Assembly (NCBI GenBank): GCA_965214405.1
Contig: OZ243956.1
Span: forward strand, 3,264,001 to 3,328,000
Direction of reading: 5' to 3'
Length of the DNA stretch: 64,000 nucleotides
DNA from: Trueperaceae bacterium
Lineage (GTDB): Bacteria; Deinococcota; Deinococci; Deinococcales; Trueperaceae
The notes below the pieces were generated by a model. That model did no database searches and was not told where the DNA came from. It saw nothing but the letters and a program-made list of their open reading frames with translations. Positions within the stretch are counted from its first letter, which is position 1. Each line of letters opens with the position of its first letter. The position numbers and the translations under genes are program-made. Shown one piece after another: positions 47,417-59,316 of this stretch.

Positions 47417-48586
47417 TCAAACACCCAAAAAGCCAAGGTACAAGTTCAGCAGCGTCTGTCCGTAAAGCAGCGCCACCACGCCGCCCAACGCCAAGTAGGG
47501 TCCGAACGGCACCTGCCGATTGCCGCTTATAGCCTTGAGTAGGAGACCCCCCACCGCGCCCAGCACGAACGCGAGAAACAGCGCGATAAAAAGGTCCTGC
47601 GGACCCAAAAGCACGCCTAGCACGGCGGCCAATTTCACGTCACCAAAGCCCATTGCGATGGGTTCATCTTCCGCTTCATTTAGGGGCGCGTCCGCTTGGC
47701 TGGACATGTCTGGGCGCTCAGCCTCAGCCTTCCCAAAGTCGCGCAGCCACCAGAACGCCGCGCCCAAAACGGCCACGCCGCCCGCCGCGGCAAAAGAGCC
47801 GCGCAGGGCGGTGAGAGGGTCTATCCACAGATTCAAACTCGCCAACAGGAGCGCCGCAATCCAGAGAGCGTAGACCAGAGGCTCAGGAAGACGCAGGGTG
47901 CGTTTGGTCGTCAGGTTGAGCAGAAAAGACAGCGCCGCCGCCGCGAGCCCCCAGCCCCAGCCGCCGAGCGCGCCAAAGAGCGCGGCCACGTTGACCGCGT
48001 CCATCCCAACCGGCCAAAGCCGCTCCTTAGTGTCGGCGAAGCGCCGCAGCACGAGGCCGCCCAAGCGGTTGATGACGACAATCACGCCCGCGCCGAGCGC
48101 GCCGCCCAGCAGTGCCTCGCTAAGCGTCGGTAAACCGCTCGAGGGAGCGTACAAAAACGTTCCAACGAGACCCAGGACGACGGCGGGCAGCGTAAGTGCG
48201 TCGGGCAGGATGTAGTGGTCGATGTCGATAAGCGACGCGATGACCAGGACCGCGTAAACCGCTAGCAGCGGGAGCACGCTCACCCCGTAGATATCGAGCG
48301 GCCAGCGCAACGCCAGCCCCACAAAACCCGCCGCCATGAGCAGTTCAATCACCGGGTAGCGCGCCGAGATGGGCGCGCGGCAGCCCCGGCAGCGCCCGCG
48401 CAAGCCCAGCCACGAGAGGACGGGCACAAGCTCGAGCGCCCCTAAGTTATGCCCGCAGTTCGGGCAGTGCGAGCCGGGAAACACGACCGACTCACCCCGC
48501 GGCAGGCGGTAGATGACCACGTTGGCGAAAGAGCCGATAAGCGCGCCCAACACGCCCACGAGCGCCACAAAGGAGAACGTCAACAC
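47417..48586 (-). CDS. pilD: Prepilin peptidase / N-methyltransferase
   Basis: GSFANVVIYRLP, SHCPNC, GRCRGC, ISARYP, MGFGDVKL, PFGPYL. Confidence 0.93.
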   Translation of the reverse strand: MLTFSFVALVGVLGALIGSFANVVIYRLPRGESVVFPGSHCPNCGHNLGALELVPVLSWLGLRGRCRGCRAPISARYPVIELLMAAGFVGLALRWPLDIYGVSVLPLLAVYAVLVIASLIDIDHYILPDALTLPAVVLGLVGTFLYAPSSGLPTLSEALLGGALGAGVIVVINRLGGLVLRRFADTKERLWPVGMDAVNVAALFGALGGWGWGLAAAALSFLLNLTTKRTLRLPEPLVYALWIAALLLASLNLWIDPLTALRGSFAAAGGVAVLGAAFWWLRDFGKAEAERPDMSSQADAPLNEAEDEPIAMGFGDVKLAAVLGVLLGPQDLFIALFLAFVLGAVGGLLLKAISGNRQVPFGPYLALGGVVALLYGQTLLNLYLGFLGV

Positions 48587-48762
48587 GGCTGCATCATAGG
48601 CGCTCGGCAGGGGCTGTGCCTATGAGGTTTCGGGCATTTGCTTGTGAGGTAGGGGGTAGGGCGTGGAGAGATAGGAGGTAAAAGCTTCTAACTCCTCATC
48701 ACCCCACCTCCCGCGTTCCCCATCTCAACTCCTACACAACGTAAAGTCTTAAACTTCCGGTC

Positions 48763-49860
48763 TCAGGCTCGAGCAGGCGTCGGCAATCCCCCAACAACCG
48801 CTTCTGTAAAGGCCGCGGTTCCCCTCGAGCCGCCCAAATCTTTTGTCGGGTCTTCAGACAGCGCGCGCTGCACCGCCTTTTCGACCGCGTCCGCCGCGTC
48901 CGCCTCGCCTAAACCGTGACGGAGCATCATCGCCGCCGAGAGCATCGTGCCGACGGGGTTGGCAATACCCTGCCCCGCGATGTCGGGGGCGCTGCCGTGG
49001 ACGGGCTCGAACAAGCCCACCGCGCCGCCCAGGCTGGCCGACGGGAGCACGCCCAGCGAACCCGGAATGACCGCGGCCAGGTCGGACAGAATGTCCCCGA
49101 AGAGGTTGCCCGTCACAAGGGTGTCAAAGCCTGTGGGGTCGCGGACGATTTGCATGGCGGCGTTGTCGACGTAGAGGTGCTCGAGCGTCACATCGCCAAA
49201 CTCGGCGTCGCGCACGCCTACCACCACGTCGCGCCAAAACTGCGACACGTCGAGCACGTTGGCCTTATCCACGTTGGTCAGCACGCCACCTCGCCCCCGC
49301 GCCGCTAAGAGCGCAGCGCGGGCGATGCGCTCGACCTCGAAACGTTCATAGACCATCGTGGAGAGTCCTTTATTGGCCTCCACAAATGACGGTTTGCCGA
49401 AGTAGACGCCGCCGGTGAGTTCGCGGATAATCAGCATGTCGGTGCCCTTGGCGACCTCTGTTTTGAGGGGGGAGAGCCCCTCGAGCCCCTCGAACACCCG
49501 CACCGGGCGCAGGTTGGCGAATAAACCCAGGTGCTTGCGAATCCCCAAAATACCCGACTCGACGCGCTTTTCTCTCGAGACCCGGTTCCAGGGATGGTCG
49601 CCCACGGGGCCACCCGCCGCGCCCATCAGCACGGCGTCTGCGGCGGCGCAGGCGGCTTTGGTCTCGTCGGGAAGCGGCGTGCCGTGCGTTTCCAACGCGT
49701 TGCCGCCAAAGGGGAGGCGGGTGTAGTCGAAGCTCAAACTGTAAGCGTCGGCGACGGCGTTTAGAACCTCTAAAGTCGCGTCAACAACTTCGGGGCCGAT
49801 AAAGTCGCCCGGTAAAACGGCGATGGTGTAAGCGTTCGTCTGAAATGACTGTGATGGCAT
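48763..49860 (-). CDS. leuB: 3-isopropylmalate dehydrogenase
   Basis: LPGDFIGPEV, FANLRP, IRELTGGVYFG, VDKANVL, NLFGDILSD, FEPVHGSAPDIAG. Confidence 0.97.
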   Translation of the reverse strand: MPSQSFQTNAYTIAVLPGDFIGPEVVDATLEVLNAVADAYSLSFDYTRLPFGGNALETHGTPLPDETKAACAAADAVLMGAAGGPVGDHPWNRVSREKRVESGILGIRKHLGLFANLRPVRVFEGLEGLSPLKTEVAKGTDMLIIRELTGGVYFGKPSFVEANKGLSTMVYERFEVERIARAALLAARGRGGVLTNVDKANVLDVSQFWRDVVVGVRDAEFGDVTLEHLYVDNAAMQIVRDPTGFDTLVTGNLFGDILSDLAAVIPGSLGVLPSASLGGAVGLFEPVHGSAPDIAGQGIANPVGTMLSAAMMLRHGLGEADAADAVEKAVQRALSEDPTKDLGGSRGTAAFTEAVVGGLPTPARA

Positions 49861-50171
49861 GGCGTGCTCCTTTTTGAGAGGGCTGTTTTCTAAAGAAGTT
49901 GCGGATGTTGGGTGGGCCTCGAGCTTTCAAAATACTAACAGGTCGGGCAGTTTGACGACCGTCTACAGATGATTTTTGGTGCATAAAGTCCTGTCATATG
50001 GTGATGAAACCGCCACGGCGGCGTCTCTCACAAGGTTTGTGTGAAGCGTCCGTGAATAAAAACCCGCGCCGGACTTTACAAACCAATTGTGAAAAAGGTA
50101 GCATATGAGCGGGCACAAAAAAGACATAGGGTAGAAGACCTAAAGTAATAGAGTCACAAAACCAAAGGAGA

Positions 50172-51194
50172 GTGTATATGCGTAAGCTTTTTTTCATCGC
50201 GCTGGCAGGCTTTGTCTTATCGGGCTTCGTTCTGGCGCAAGACAGCCTGTTGAACACAGTTCAGGACCGCGGGACGCTTATTTGCGGCGTCAATAACCAG
50301 GTGCCAGGTTTTGGCAACGTGGACGCGCAGGGCGAGTACAGCGGCTTTGACGTCGACACCTGCCGCGCCATCGCCGCCGCCGTTTTAGGCGACGCGAACG
50401 CGGTGGATTTTCGCCCCTTGAGCGCACAAGAGCGCTTTACCGCCGTGCAAACGGGCGAGGTGGACGTGCTCGCGCGTAACACCACCTGGACGAGCACTCG
50501 AGACTCTTCGGTCGGCCTCGACTTCGCGCCCACGACCTTTTACGACGGTCAGGGCTTTATGGTGCGCAGCGACGCGGGCATCTCCGAACTCACCGATTTA
50601 GAAGGCCGCAGCATCTGCGTTCAGTCGGGCACGACCACCGAACTTAACTTGGCCGACGTGATGCAGGCCTTGGACGTTCAGTACAACCCCGTGATTTTTG
50701 AAACCGCGGACCAGGCCGTCGCCGCCTATGACGAGGGTGTTTGCGACGCCTACACCACCGACGTGTCGGGCTTGGTGAGCCGCCGCACCACGCTGCGCGA
50801 ACCCGACGCGAGCGTGATTTTGGACCGGACCATCTCCAAAGAGCCCTTGGCCCCCGCCGTTCTCCAGGGTGACACCGCCTGGCGCGACGCGGTGGAGTGG
50901 GTGATTTTTGGTTTGTTTAACGCCGAGGAGTACGGCGTCACGTCTGAGAACGCGCAGCAGATGGCCGATGAGTCGCAAGACCCCAACGTGCGCCGCTTGC
51001 TGGGCGTCGAGGGTGACGCGGTTTCGGCCTTGGGTCTCCCCGCCGACGCGATCTTGCAGGCGGTCAGCCAGGTCGGCAACTACGGCGAAATCTACAACCG
51101 CAACTTGGGTCCCGATACGCCCTTCAATATCGAGCGCGGCCTTAACGAGCAGTATTATAACGGCGGCCTCATCTACGGCGTGCCTTTCCGCTAA
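50172..51194 (+). CDS. aapJ: General L-amino acid ABC transporter substrate-binding protein
   Basis: RGTLICGV, GFDVD.CRAIAAAV, RNTTWT, FYDGQGF, GTTTELN, ISKEPL, VGNYGEIY.RN. Confidence 0.93.
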   Translation: MYMRKLFFIALAGFVLSGFVLAQDSLLNTVQDRGTLICGVNNQVPGFGNVDAQGEYSGFDVDTCRAIAAAVLGDANAVDFRPLSAQERFTAVQTGEVDVLARNTTWTSTRDSSVGLDFAPTTFYDGQGFMVRSDAGISELTDLEGRSICVQSGTTTELNLADVMQALDVQYNPVIFETADQAVAAYDEGVCDAYTTDVSGLVSRRTTLREPDASVILDRTISKEPLAPAVLQGDTAWRDAVEWVIFGLFNAEEYGVTSENAQQMADESQDPNVRRLLGVEGDAVSALGLPADAILQAVSQVGNYGEIYNRNLGPDTPFNIERGLNEQYYNGGLIYGVPFR

Positions 51195-51212
51195 ACTTTG
51201 ACAGCAGCAAGC

Positions 51213-51238
51213 GGGGTGGCCCTGGGGCCACCCCTTTC
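51213..51238 (+). terminator. Hairpin after aapJ
   Basis: GGGGTGGCC-ctgg-GGCCACCCC followed by T-rich sequence. Confidence 0.7.
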
Positions 51239-51344
51239 TATTTTCTCCCTTTTGACCTAAAATATTTATATTCTTTTTCTGTGATTCTTCTCTTCCATGT
51301 GAGGTCAATGTGACGTCCAACTTCCCCCACACCCGGAGACCCTG

Positions 51345-53162
51345 ATGGCCTCGAGACCGCTCGAGAGGTCTCCTAAGCGCGAGACGATTCCCTTCTACCG
51401 CAACGTCAAAACGATCGGGATTCTCGCGCAAATCGTGTTTGTCGTCATAGTGGGCGTGGTCGTTTACTTTCTCTATCATAACGTCACCACGGCCTTGGCG
51501 CGCTCGAACCTCAGGTCCGACTTCTCTTTTTTGGACCTGCGGGCGGGTATTCCCATTGGCGAATCGCTTCTTCCTTACAATACGTCTGACCCCTACTGGA
51601 AAGCCTATCTCATCGGTTTTCTCAACACGCTCCAGGTGGCGCTCGTCGGGGTGGTGCTGGCCTCGCTCTTGGGCGTGCTGATCGGGGTCATGCGTTTGTC
51701 GACCAATTGGCTTTTGCGTCAGGTCGCCACGGGGTATATCGAGCTCATCCGCAACACACCGCTGGCGGTCCAGATTGTTTTTTGGTACACGGCGGTCATC
51801 ATCACCTTCCCGCCCAACATCGACAACTCGCTCTCGCTGCCCGGCGGCGGTTACCTGAGCAACCGCGGGCTGGCGCTGCCGTGGGTGTATACGACCTACG
51901 ACTTTTCAAGCTGGCTCCCCTGGCTTGGGCTCGCGCTGGTCGTCTTTATCGGGCTCTTCGCGTTTAGGCGCTGGCAGATCGTCCGCTCGGAGCGCCCCGG
52001 CAACGCCTGGCTGTTGCCCTTGGGCGCGGCCTTGCTCGTCGCGGTGGTGAGTTACGTGGTGGTGGCGAACAACTCGAGCCTGCCCGAGGGTATTGCCGCC
52101 GACTTTCTTGCCGACCGGGGCCGCGGCACCGTCTTTATCGACGCGAACGGCGACGGGTCGATGGGCCGCGACGAGCGCTCCGTCTCCGCGGCGGAGGCGA
52201 TTGTGAGCGTGGAGGAGGGGCGGCTCGAGACGACGAGCAGAAACGTGACCGAGTCGCGCCGCCTCGTTAGCAGTTCCTTCCGCTTTCCCTTGCTGCGCGA
52301 GGGCGAGTATGAGGAGGCCGAGGTGCGCTTTGCCGACCCCGAGGCGGCGGCGGGCTTGAGCATCCACTTCACCGACTTCCCGAGCCGCGGCGTCGTGTAT
52401 AGAGACCGCGACGGCAACGGGGAGTACAACCCTGGCGAAGAAATCAACGAGACGACGGGGCAAGGCTTCTCAGGAGTGCGGCTCGACCTCGACGTTCAGG
52501 ACTTCCGGCGGCGGGTGGTGGCCGACCGGGTGGGCGGCATCAACGTGCCGCTTTTTGACCCCATCAGTGATGAGGCGGGTGGAGGCGCGGGGGGTGCGGC
52601 CCCCAGCGGCGGCAATCCTAACCGCTTGTTTACGCCCTCGAGGGGAAGCGGGACCGCGGAACTCAGCGCCGAGGTAACCCTCATCCCGACGGGGCCGCTG
52701 GTGGTGAGTTACCCGAGCGTCCCCACCAGCCTCTACATGGGCGGCGTCTCGCTGACTACGAGCTTTTTGGCGCTCCTCTTGGCGCTCGTGATTTACACGG
52801 CCTCTTTTATCGCCGAAATCGTTCGGGCGGGCATCCAGGCGGTGCCCAAAGGCCAAACGGAGGCGGCCAAGGCGGTGGGCTTAAGCGGTTACCAAACCTT
52901 TAACCTCATCGTCTTCCCGCAGGCGCTCCGCATCATCCTGCCGCCCATGATCTCGCAGTACCTCAACCTCACCAAAAATTCCTCACTTGCACCGCTCATT
53001 GGCTACGTCGAACTCTTCGCCATCAGCGGCATCATCGCCAACCAAACGGGCGCGAGCGTGCCCGTGATCCTCATGCTCATCGTGTCCTACCTCGTCATCT
53101 CATTCACTTTCGCCTTCGTCCTCAACATCGTCAACGCGCGCTTGACGCTGGCAGAGCGTTAA
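51345..53162 (+). CDS. aapQ: Amino acid ABC permease AapQ/BztB with a large extracytoplasmic insertion
   Basis: GFLNTL, RLSTNW, YIELIRNTPL, AEIVRAGIQAVPKGQTEAA, YLNLTKNSSLA. Confidence 0.9.
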   Translation: MASRPLERSPKRETIPFYRNVKTIGILAQIVFVVIVGVVVYFLYHNVTTALARSNLRSDFSFLDLRAGIPIGESLLPYNTSDPYWKAYLIGFLNTLQVALVGVVLASLLGVLIGVMRLSTNWLLRQVATGYIELIRNTPLAVQIVFWYTAVIITFPPNIDNSLSLPGGGYLSNRGLALPWVYTTYDFSSWLPWLGLALVVFIGLFAFRRWQIVRSERPGNAWLLPLGAALLVAVVSYVVVANNSSLPEGIAADFLADRGRGTVFIDANGDGSMGRDERSVSAAEAIVSVEEGRLETTSRNVTESRRLVSSSFRFPLLREGEYEEAEVRFADPEAAAGLSIHFTDFPSRGVVYRDRDGNGEYNPGEEINETTGQGFSGVRLDLDVQDFRRRVVADRVGGINVPLFDPISDEAGGGAGGAAPSGGNPNRLFTPSRGSGTAELSAEVTLIPTGPLVVSYPSVPTSLYMGGVSLTTSFLALLLALVIYTASFIAEIVRAGIQAVPKGQTEAAKAVGLSGYQTFNLIVFPQALRIILPPMISQYLNLTKNSSLAPLIGYVELFAISGIIANQTGASVPVILMLIVSYLVISFTFAFVLNIVNARLTLAER

Positions 53163-53163
53163 G

Positions 53164-54390
53164 GTGGCGGTGGCGCGCAAGCCCCCTGTCAGGACCACGG
53201 GCGCGGTCGGCTGGCTCCGGGAGAATCTGTTTTCGTCTCCTCTAAACTCGATTATTACCGTTGTCGTCGGTGCGCTTCTAGTCTGGGTGGGGGTAAATCT
53301 CGTGCTCTGGATGTTTACCAGGGAAGAACAGTGGGTCATTCTCTGGCGAAACCTCAAGCTTCTGGCTGTGTACCGCTATCCCACCGACCTCCTCTGGCGG
53401 CCACTCTCGGTGGTGGCGCTCGTGATGGCGCTCCTCGGCTCCTCGGCGGGCGTCGCCAGGCGCAGCGACGGGGGCGAGATCATTGCGGGCGTGTTCTGGT
53501 GGTTTGCGGGACTCGTGTTTTTCCTCACCGCCGTAGCGCTTTTCTCCTGGGAGTCGGTGCGCCTGCTCTGGCTCGGGGTGAGCGTGGCGGCGCTCGCGGG
53601 CTACGCGGTGGGCTACGCCGCGCCGCGCACCGCGCGCGCGCTGCCCTGGCTCTGGGGCGCTTCGCTGCCCGTGGCCGCGATCCTCCTTTACGGCGTCGCG
53701 CCGGAAGGCGGCTTGGAAGTTGTGAGTCCGAGGGAATGGGGCGGCTTTATGCTTACCCTCATTCTGGCGGCGGTGGGCATCGTGGTGAGTTTTCCGCTGG
53801 GCATCCTCCTCGCGCTGGGCCGCCGCAGCAACCTGCCCGCCATCAAGGGCTTCTGCATCGCCTTTATCGAAATCGTCCGCGGCGCGCCGCTCATCTCCTG
53901 GCTCTTTATCGCCTCGCTGATGGTGCCACTCCTGCTCGGTCTGGACAGCCCCGACAGCATCCCGGCCTTGACGCGGGCGCTCGTCGCCATCACCCTTTTT
54001 TCGTCGGCCTATATGGCCGAAAACGTCCGGGGTGGGCTCCAGGCGGTGCCCAAGGGGCAAACCGAGGCGGCGCGGGCGCTGGGGCTCTCGAGCTGGCAGA
54101 CCACCCGTAAAATCGTTCTCCCGCAGGCGCTCCGCGCGGTGATTCCCGCCATCGTGGGGCAGGCCATCGGGCTTTTCAAGGACACGTCGCTCGTCTTTAT
54201 CGTGGGGCTTTTGGACTTTTTCGAAATCGGTCGCCGCATCATTCCGGCGACTCCGGAGGCTACGCAGGTGTCAGGTGGGGTGGTGCTCGAGCTCTTCTTG
54301 TTCATGGCCGTCGTCTACTGGTTTTTTGCCTATAGGATGAGCGTGGCGAGCAGGCAGTTGGAGCGCAAGCTCGGGGTGGGAACGCGGTGA
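53164..54390 (+). CDS. aapM: Amino acid ABC permease AapM/BztC
   Basis: WLRENLFS, WGGFMLTL, IEIVRGAPLI, AENVRGGLQA, LFKDTSLV. Confidence 0.92.
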   Translation: MAVARKPPVRTTGAVGWLRENLFSSPLNSIITVVVGALLVWVGVNLVLWMFTREEQWVILWRNLKLLAVYRYPTDLLWRPLSVVALVMALLGSSAGVARRSDGGEIIAGVFWWFAGLVFFLTAVALFSWESVRLLWLGVSVAALAGYAVGYAAPRTARALPWLWGASLPVAAILLYGVAPEGGLEVVSPREWGGFMLTLILAAVGIVVSFPLGILLALGRRSNLPAIKGFCIAFIEIVRGAPLISWLFIASLMVPLLLGLDSPDSIPALTRALVAITLFSSAYMAENVRGGLQAVPKGQTEAARALGLSSWQTTRKIVLPQALRAVIPAIVGQAIGLFKDTSLVFIVGLLDFFEIGRRIIPATPEATQVSGGVVLELFLFMAVVYWFFAYRMSVASRQLERKLGVGTR

Positions 54391-54483
54391 TTGATTCTCC
54401 GGCTCTCTTGACAAGAGGATTGAGGCTTTGAGGAGCAGACGACAAACGGAAAGTTTTTATAGGATGGCAGAAAGGACAAACCT

Positions 54484-55266
54484 GTGACGACAACCGTAAC
54501 CAAAAGTACCGTCCGCGCGGATGCGCCCGAGGGGGGCGCGCGCATTATCGAGATTGACGGTTTGAACAAGTGGTATGGCGACTTTCACGTGCTAAAAGAC
54601 ATCAATTTGTCGGTCAACAAGGGCGAGGTGGTGGTGGTGATTGGGCCGTCGGGCTCGGGTAAATCCACCCTGATTCGCTGTGTGAACAGGCTCGAGGAGC
54701 ACCAAGAAGGCCGCATCACCGTAGACGGCGTGGAACTCACCGACGACGTGAAAAAAATCGACCAGATCCGCCGCGAGACGGGGATGGTTTTTCAGTCGTT
54801 TAATCTCTTCCCGCACTTGACCGTCATGGAAAACATCACGCTGGCTCCCATCCGCGTCCGTAAGTGGAAAAAGTCTAAGGCCGAGGAACGCGCGATGTAC
54901 TTTTTGGGCAAAGTCGGTATCCCCGAGCAGGCGCAGAAGTACCCCGGTCAGCTCTCGGGCGGTCAGCAGCAGCGCGTCGCCATTGCGAGGGCCTTGACGA
55001 TGGAGCCCAAGGTGATGCTCTTTGACGAGCCCACCTCCGCCCTGGACCCCGAGGTGATTGGGGAGGTGCTGGACGTGATGGTCAACCTCGCCAAGGAGGG
55101 CATGACCATGTGCGTGGTCACGCATGAGATGGGCTTTGCGAGGGAGGTGGGCGACCGGGTTGTGTTTATGGACAAGGGCGAGATTGTCGAAGTCGGCAGC
55201 CCCGAGCACTTTTTTGAAAATCCGCGCGAGGAGCGGACGCGGTCGTTTTTGTCGAAGATTTTGTAG
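54484..55266 (+). CDS. aapP: Amino acid ABC transporter ATP-binding protein
   Basis: [41 protein letters not shown]. Confidence 0.95.
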   Translation: MTTTVTKSTVRADAPEGGARIIEIDGLNKWYGDFHVLKDINLSVNKGEVVVVIGPSGSGKSTLIRCVNRLEEHQEGRITVDGVELTDDVKKIDQIRRETGMVFQSFNLFPHLTVMENITLAPIRVRKWKKSKAEERAMYFLGKVGIPEQAQKYPGQLSGGQQQRVAIARALTMEPKVMLFDEPTSALDPEVIGEVLDVMVNLAKEGMTMCVVTHEMGFAREVGDRVVFMDKGEIVEVGSPEHFFENPREERTRSFLSKIL

Positions 55267-55382
55267 CGGAAGTGTCAAAGGTTCGGGCGCTTTAGCGGGC
55301 CTACCTGATGTGCTCTAGTTCTCTTCGGACAAAAGAGAACTTTAGGACGTTTTTGCCCGTTTCCGGGTTTATCAAAAAAGAG

Positions 55383-55408
55383 AAAAACCCCGTGAGTTAC
55401 GGGGTTTT
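55383..55408 (-). terminator. Intrinsic terminator downstream of tRNA-Leu
   Basis: AAAAACCCCGT-gagtt-ACGGGGTTTT, usable bidirectionally. Confidence 0.75.
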
Positions 55409-55494
55409 GGTGCCGAAGAGGGGACTTGAACCCCTACAGCCGCAAGGCCACACGACCCTGAATCGTGCGCGTCTACCGATTCCGCCACTTCGGC
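55408..55494 (-). tRNA. tRNA-Leu(CAG)
   Basis: GCCGAAGTGGCGGAATCGGTAGACGCGCACGATTCAGGGTCGTG...GGTTCAAGTCCCCTCTTCGGCACCA: long variable arm, CAG anticodon, encoded CCA. Confidence 0.97.
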
Positions 55495-55682
55495 CTACTC
55501 TTAAACTTCATACCGTCACATTTTATCACGGCGTGGCGTTGGGCCACATCCGGGAAAATAGTCTAACACACCCACGCGCGCGAAAGACAAGCCCTTTTTA
55601 CTTCAAGCTTTTCGTGGGTAAAGCCTCACTATGCTAAGGCTCGAGCCCCCGCCCAAACATCTCTTCGGTCTCGCTACGATTT

Positions 55683-57374
55683 TCAGATTCCCTCAAGTTC
55701 CGACGCCACAAACGCCGCGAGCTCCCCCACCGTCTCCCGGTCAAAGGCAAAGGTTGCCCCCGCCGCCTCGAAGAGTTCCGGCAGAGACCGACTGCCGCCG
55801 AGAGAGAGGGCTGAGCGGTAATTTCTAAGCGCCTCCTCTTTGTTCGTAAGCGAATTCCGCCACACCTGAAGCGCGCCGAGGTAGGCGAGCGCGTACTCGA
55901 GCATGTAAAAAGGAACAAAGAACATGTGAATAACCTGCCACCCTTCTTGGTGCGCTCCGCTAAGCCCGGCCCAGTTCACACCGAGAGAAAAACGTTCGCC
56001 CAGCTCCACCCATTTCGCGTCCAGCGCCTCAACTGTCACACCCTCCGGCGCGTCCGCGTAGAGCCAGCGCTGAAAGGCGTCGGCGTGCGCCGTGCCGCAA
56101 AGGAGCCGCAAAACTCGCTCCAACTGCTCTTCTCGAGCCCGCGCGGCCTCCTCTCGCGTGTAAAAGCCGCCCTGCGCCTCTTCCAGATACGGCAGCGCGA
56201 GAAGTTCCATCGCCTGCGAGGCGAGTTCAGCGAACTCCGCGCCCGTCTCGCGGTTCCACACGAGGTCGTGCGCCGCGCTCGCCGCGAGGGCGTGAAAGCT
56301 GTGCCCCGCCTCGTGGAGCATGACCCACACGTCGGCGTGGGTGCCGACGGCGCTGTGGTAGATGTAAGCGCGCTCTGACTTGGGAAAGGGCAAGCTGTAC
56401 CCGAAGCCCGGCACCTTGCCCGCGCGCGGCTCTAGGTCGAGCCAGCCCTCGCGCATAGCCTCAAACTGCGCGCCTAAAGCCGGGTCGAGGTTTGAAAAAA
56501 TGCGAGTTAAGCCCTGCTCGAGTTCCTCCACCGTCTCAAAAGGTTTTAGAGGAGGCCGCCCTTTGCTGTCCACCTGAAAATCCCACGGGCGCAGCGCCTC
56601 CACCCCCAACGCCCGCCGCCGTTTCTCCCGCTGCTCTTTTAAGAGAGGCACAACCGTCTCCTCGATGGTTTCATGAAACGTTAGCGCGTCCTCTGGCGTG
56701 TAGTCGAAGCGGTCCAGCGCGCGCCATTGGTAGGCGCGGAAGTCGGGCAGGCCCACGTTTTTCGCCACCTGACGGCGCATAGCAAGAAGCTTTAGGAAGA
56801 GGTCGTCCAACGCGGGTGACACTTCCGCCTTCGCTGCCTCAATGGCTCGCCAAGCCCGCTCACGCGCGGCTCGGTCGATCTCCCAAAGCCGCTTCTCAGC
56901 CTGGGGAACCGTCAACGTTTCTCCGTCAAGTGTTACGGTGAGTGCGCCCCTAAGCTTGTTGAACTCGTTGCTTAGCGCCTGAATTTCGCTCAGCAGGTGG
57001 GCGTTTGTCTCGCTAAAAAGGTCCGCTTGGTTGCGGAGGCGGCGGACGAATTCGGTATGTTCAGGTGCGGGTGTGTAGCCTTCAAGCCCCAACAGCCTCT
57101 CCGACAACCTCTGCGACGCCGTCTCACTGTTTGGCAGCACCTCACGCACAAACGCCCCGTACGCCGCCTCCGCTCCCTCGTCCGCGGTGTTCGCGTCCTT
57201 GGCGCGCATGAGCCAGGCGTGCGCCTCGCCCACGTCCTTGGCGAGGTCGCTCCAAGACTTGAGCCAATCGGGCACGGTGTCGGCGCTCAAGGGCTGGATT
57301 TGGAGGGCGCGGAAGCGGGGCTCTAAATCTTCCCAAGAAAGCTGCGCGTCGGGGTGAGGCGGGGTGTAGGCCAT
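55683..57374 (-). CDS. M3-family oligoendopeptidase
   Basis: HEAGH zinc motif, EFAELASQAMEL, LRPWD, HMFFVPFYMLEY. Confidence 0.92.
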   Translation of the reverse strand: MAYTPPHPDAQLSWEDLEPRFRALQIQPLSADTVPDWLKSWSDLAKDVGEAHAWLMRAKDANTADEGAEAAYGAFVREVLPNSETASQRLSERLLGLEGYTPAPEHTEFVRRLRNQADLFSETNAHLLSEIQALSNEFNKLRGALTVTLDGETLTVPQAEKRLWEIDRAARERAWRAIEAAKAEVSPALDDLFLKLLAMRRQVAKNVGLPDFRAYQWRALDRFDYTPEDALTFHETIEETVVPLLKEQREKRRRALGVEALRPWDFQVDSKGRPPLKPFETVEELEQGLTRIFSNLDPALGAQFEAMREGWLDLEPRAGKVPGFGYSLPFPKSERAYIYHSAVGTHADVWVMLHEAGHSFHALAASAAHDLVWNRETGAEFAELASQAMELLALPYLEEAQGGFYTREEAARAREEQLERVLRLLCGTAHADAFQRWLYADAPEGVTVEALDAKWVELGERFSLGVNWAGLSGAHQEGWQVIHMFFVPFYMLEYALAYLGALQVWRNSLTNKEEALRNYRSALSLGGSRSLPELFEAAGATFAFDRETVGELAAFVASELEGI

Positions 57375-57404
57375 GCTAGATTCTCCCTCGAGGTTGTGTA
57401 GCCT

Positions 57405-58254
<850 letters not shown>

Positions 58255-58268
<14 letters not shown>

Positions 58269-59316
58269 TTAGCACCTCCCCCGCGGGCTGCTGCTGCGTC
58301 ACGCAGTGGAACGCGCCGCCGCCGGTAATAAGGTTCTGGGCCGATAAACCGATGACCTCACGGTTGGGGAAGAGGGGGCGGAGGATGGAGAGCGCCCGCT
58401 CGTCGTTCGCGTCGTCGTAAACGGGCACCACCACGAAGCCGTTGCCGATGTAAAAGTTCGCGTAGGTGAGCGGCAGGCGTTTGCCGTTGAGCTCCATGCG
58501 TTTTTGGGGGAGAGGCAAATCCACAATGTTATAAGGCTCGCCGTCCTGATTTCTCAAAAGCGTGAGCAGCGTGTGATTGTCCTTCATCGTCTTGAAGTTG
58601 GGGTCGTTCTCGTCCTCTTCAACGGAACATACAATAGTCTTGTCGTCCGCAAAGCGCACGATGGTGTCGATGTGGCCGTCCGTGTGGTCGTCTTCGAGGC
58701 CGCCCTCGAGCCAAATCACGTGTTTGGCACCCAGATAAGTGTGGAGGAGATGCGCGAGTTCACCTTCGCTCAAGTCCGGGTTGCGCATCTGCGACAGCAG
58801 GCACGAGCGCGTGGTGAGCAGCGTGCCGCGGCTGTTCATTTCCAGCGCGCCCCCCTCCATCACCACGGGCACGTCAAAGCGCTTCATGCCCAAAATCTCG
58901 GCAACACGTTCGGGCGCGCGGTTGTCATCGTCCCACGGCTCGTACTTCTCGCCCCAAGCGTTAAAAACCCAGTCGGTGAGCGCCACTTTGCCTTTGTTGT
59001 TGCGGATGAAGAGCGGCCCGTTGTCGCGGAACCACACGTCGTTCAAGGGGATGCGGTGAAAGTGAACATTGTCAACCCCCTTCAAACGGCGGCGCGCGTC
59101 CGCCCCGGTCTCCTCGTCCCGTACACTAAGGTGGACGGGTTCAAAGCGCGCGATGGTCGAAACAAGTTCTGCAAATTCACTGCGGACGCCCTCCAGGTAG
59201 CCTTCCCAGAGCGCGTCGTCAAAAGGCCAGCTCGTCCAGGTAGCGGCGTGCGCCTCCCATTCGGCGGGCATTGTGAAACCCTGTGTGACGGGGCCGCTGT
59301 CGTGTTGGTTGTTCAT
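58255..59316 (-). CDS. aguA: Agmatine deiminase
   Basis: MPAEW, DVWFRDNGP, EGGA, DHTDGHID, YANFYI, GGGAFHCVTQQ. Confidence 0.95.

Noticed and set aside
55408..55494. tRNA-Leu as an integration site for an island
   Set aside because: No integrase and no duplicated tRNA 3' end seen in the window.
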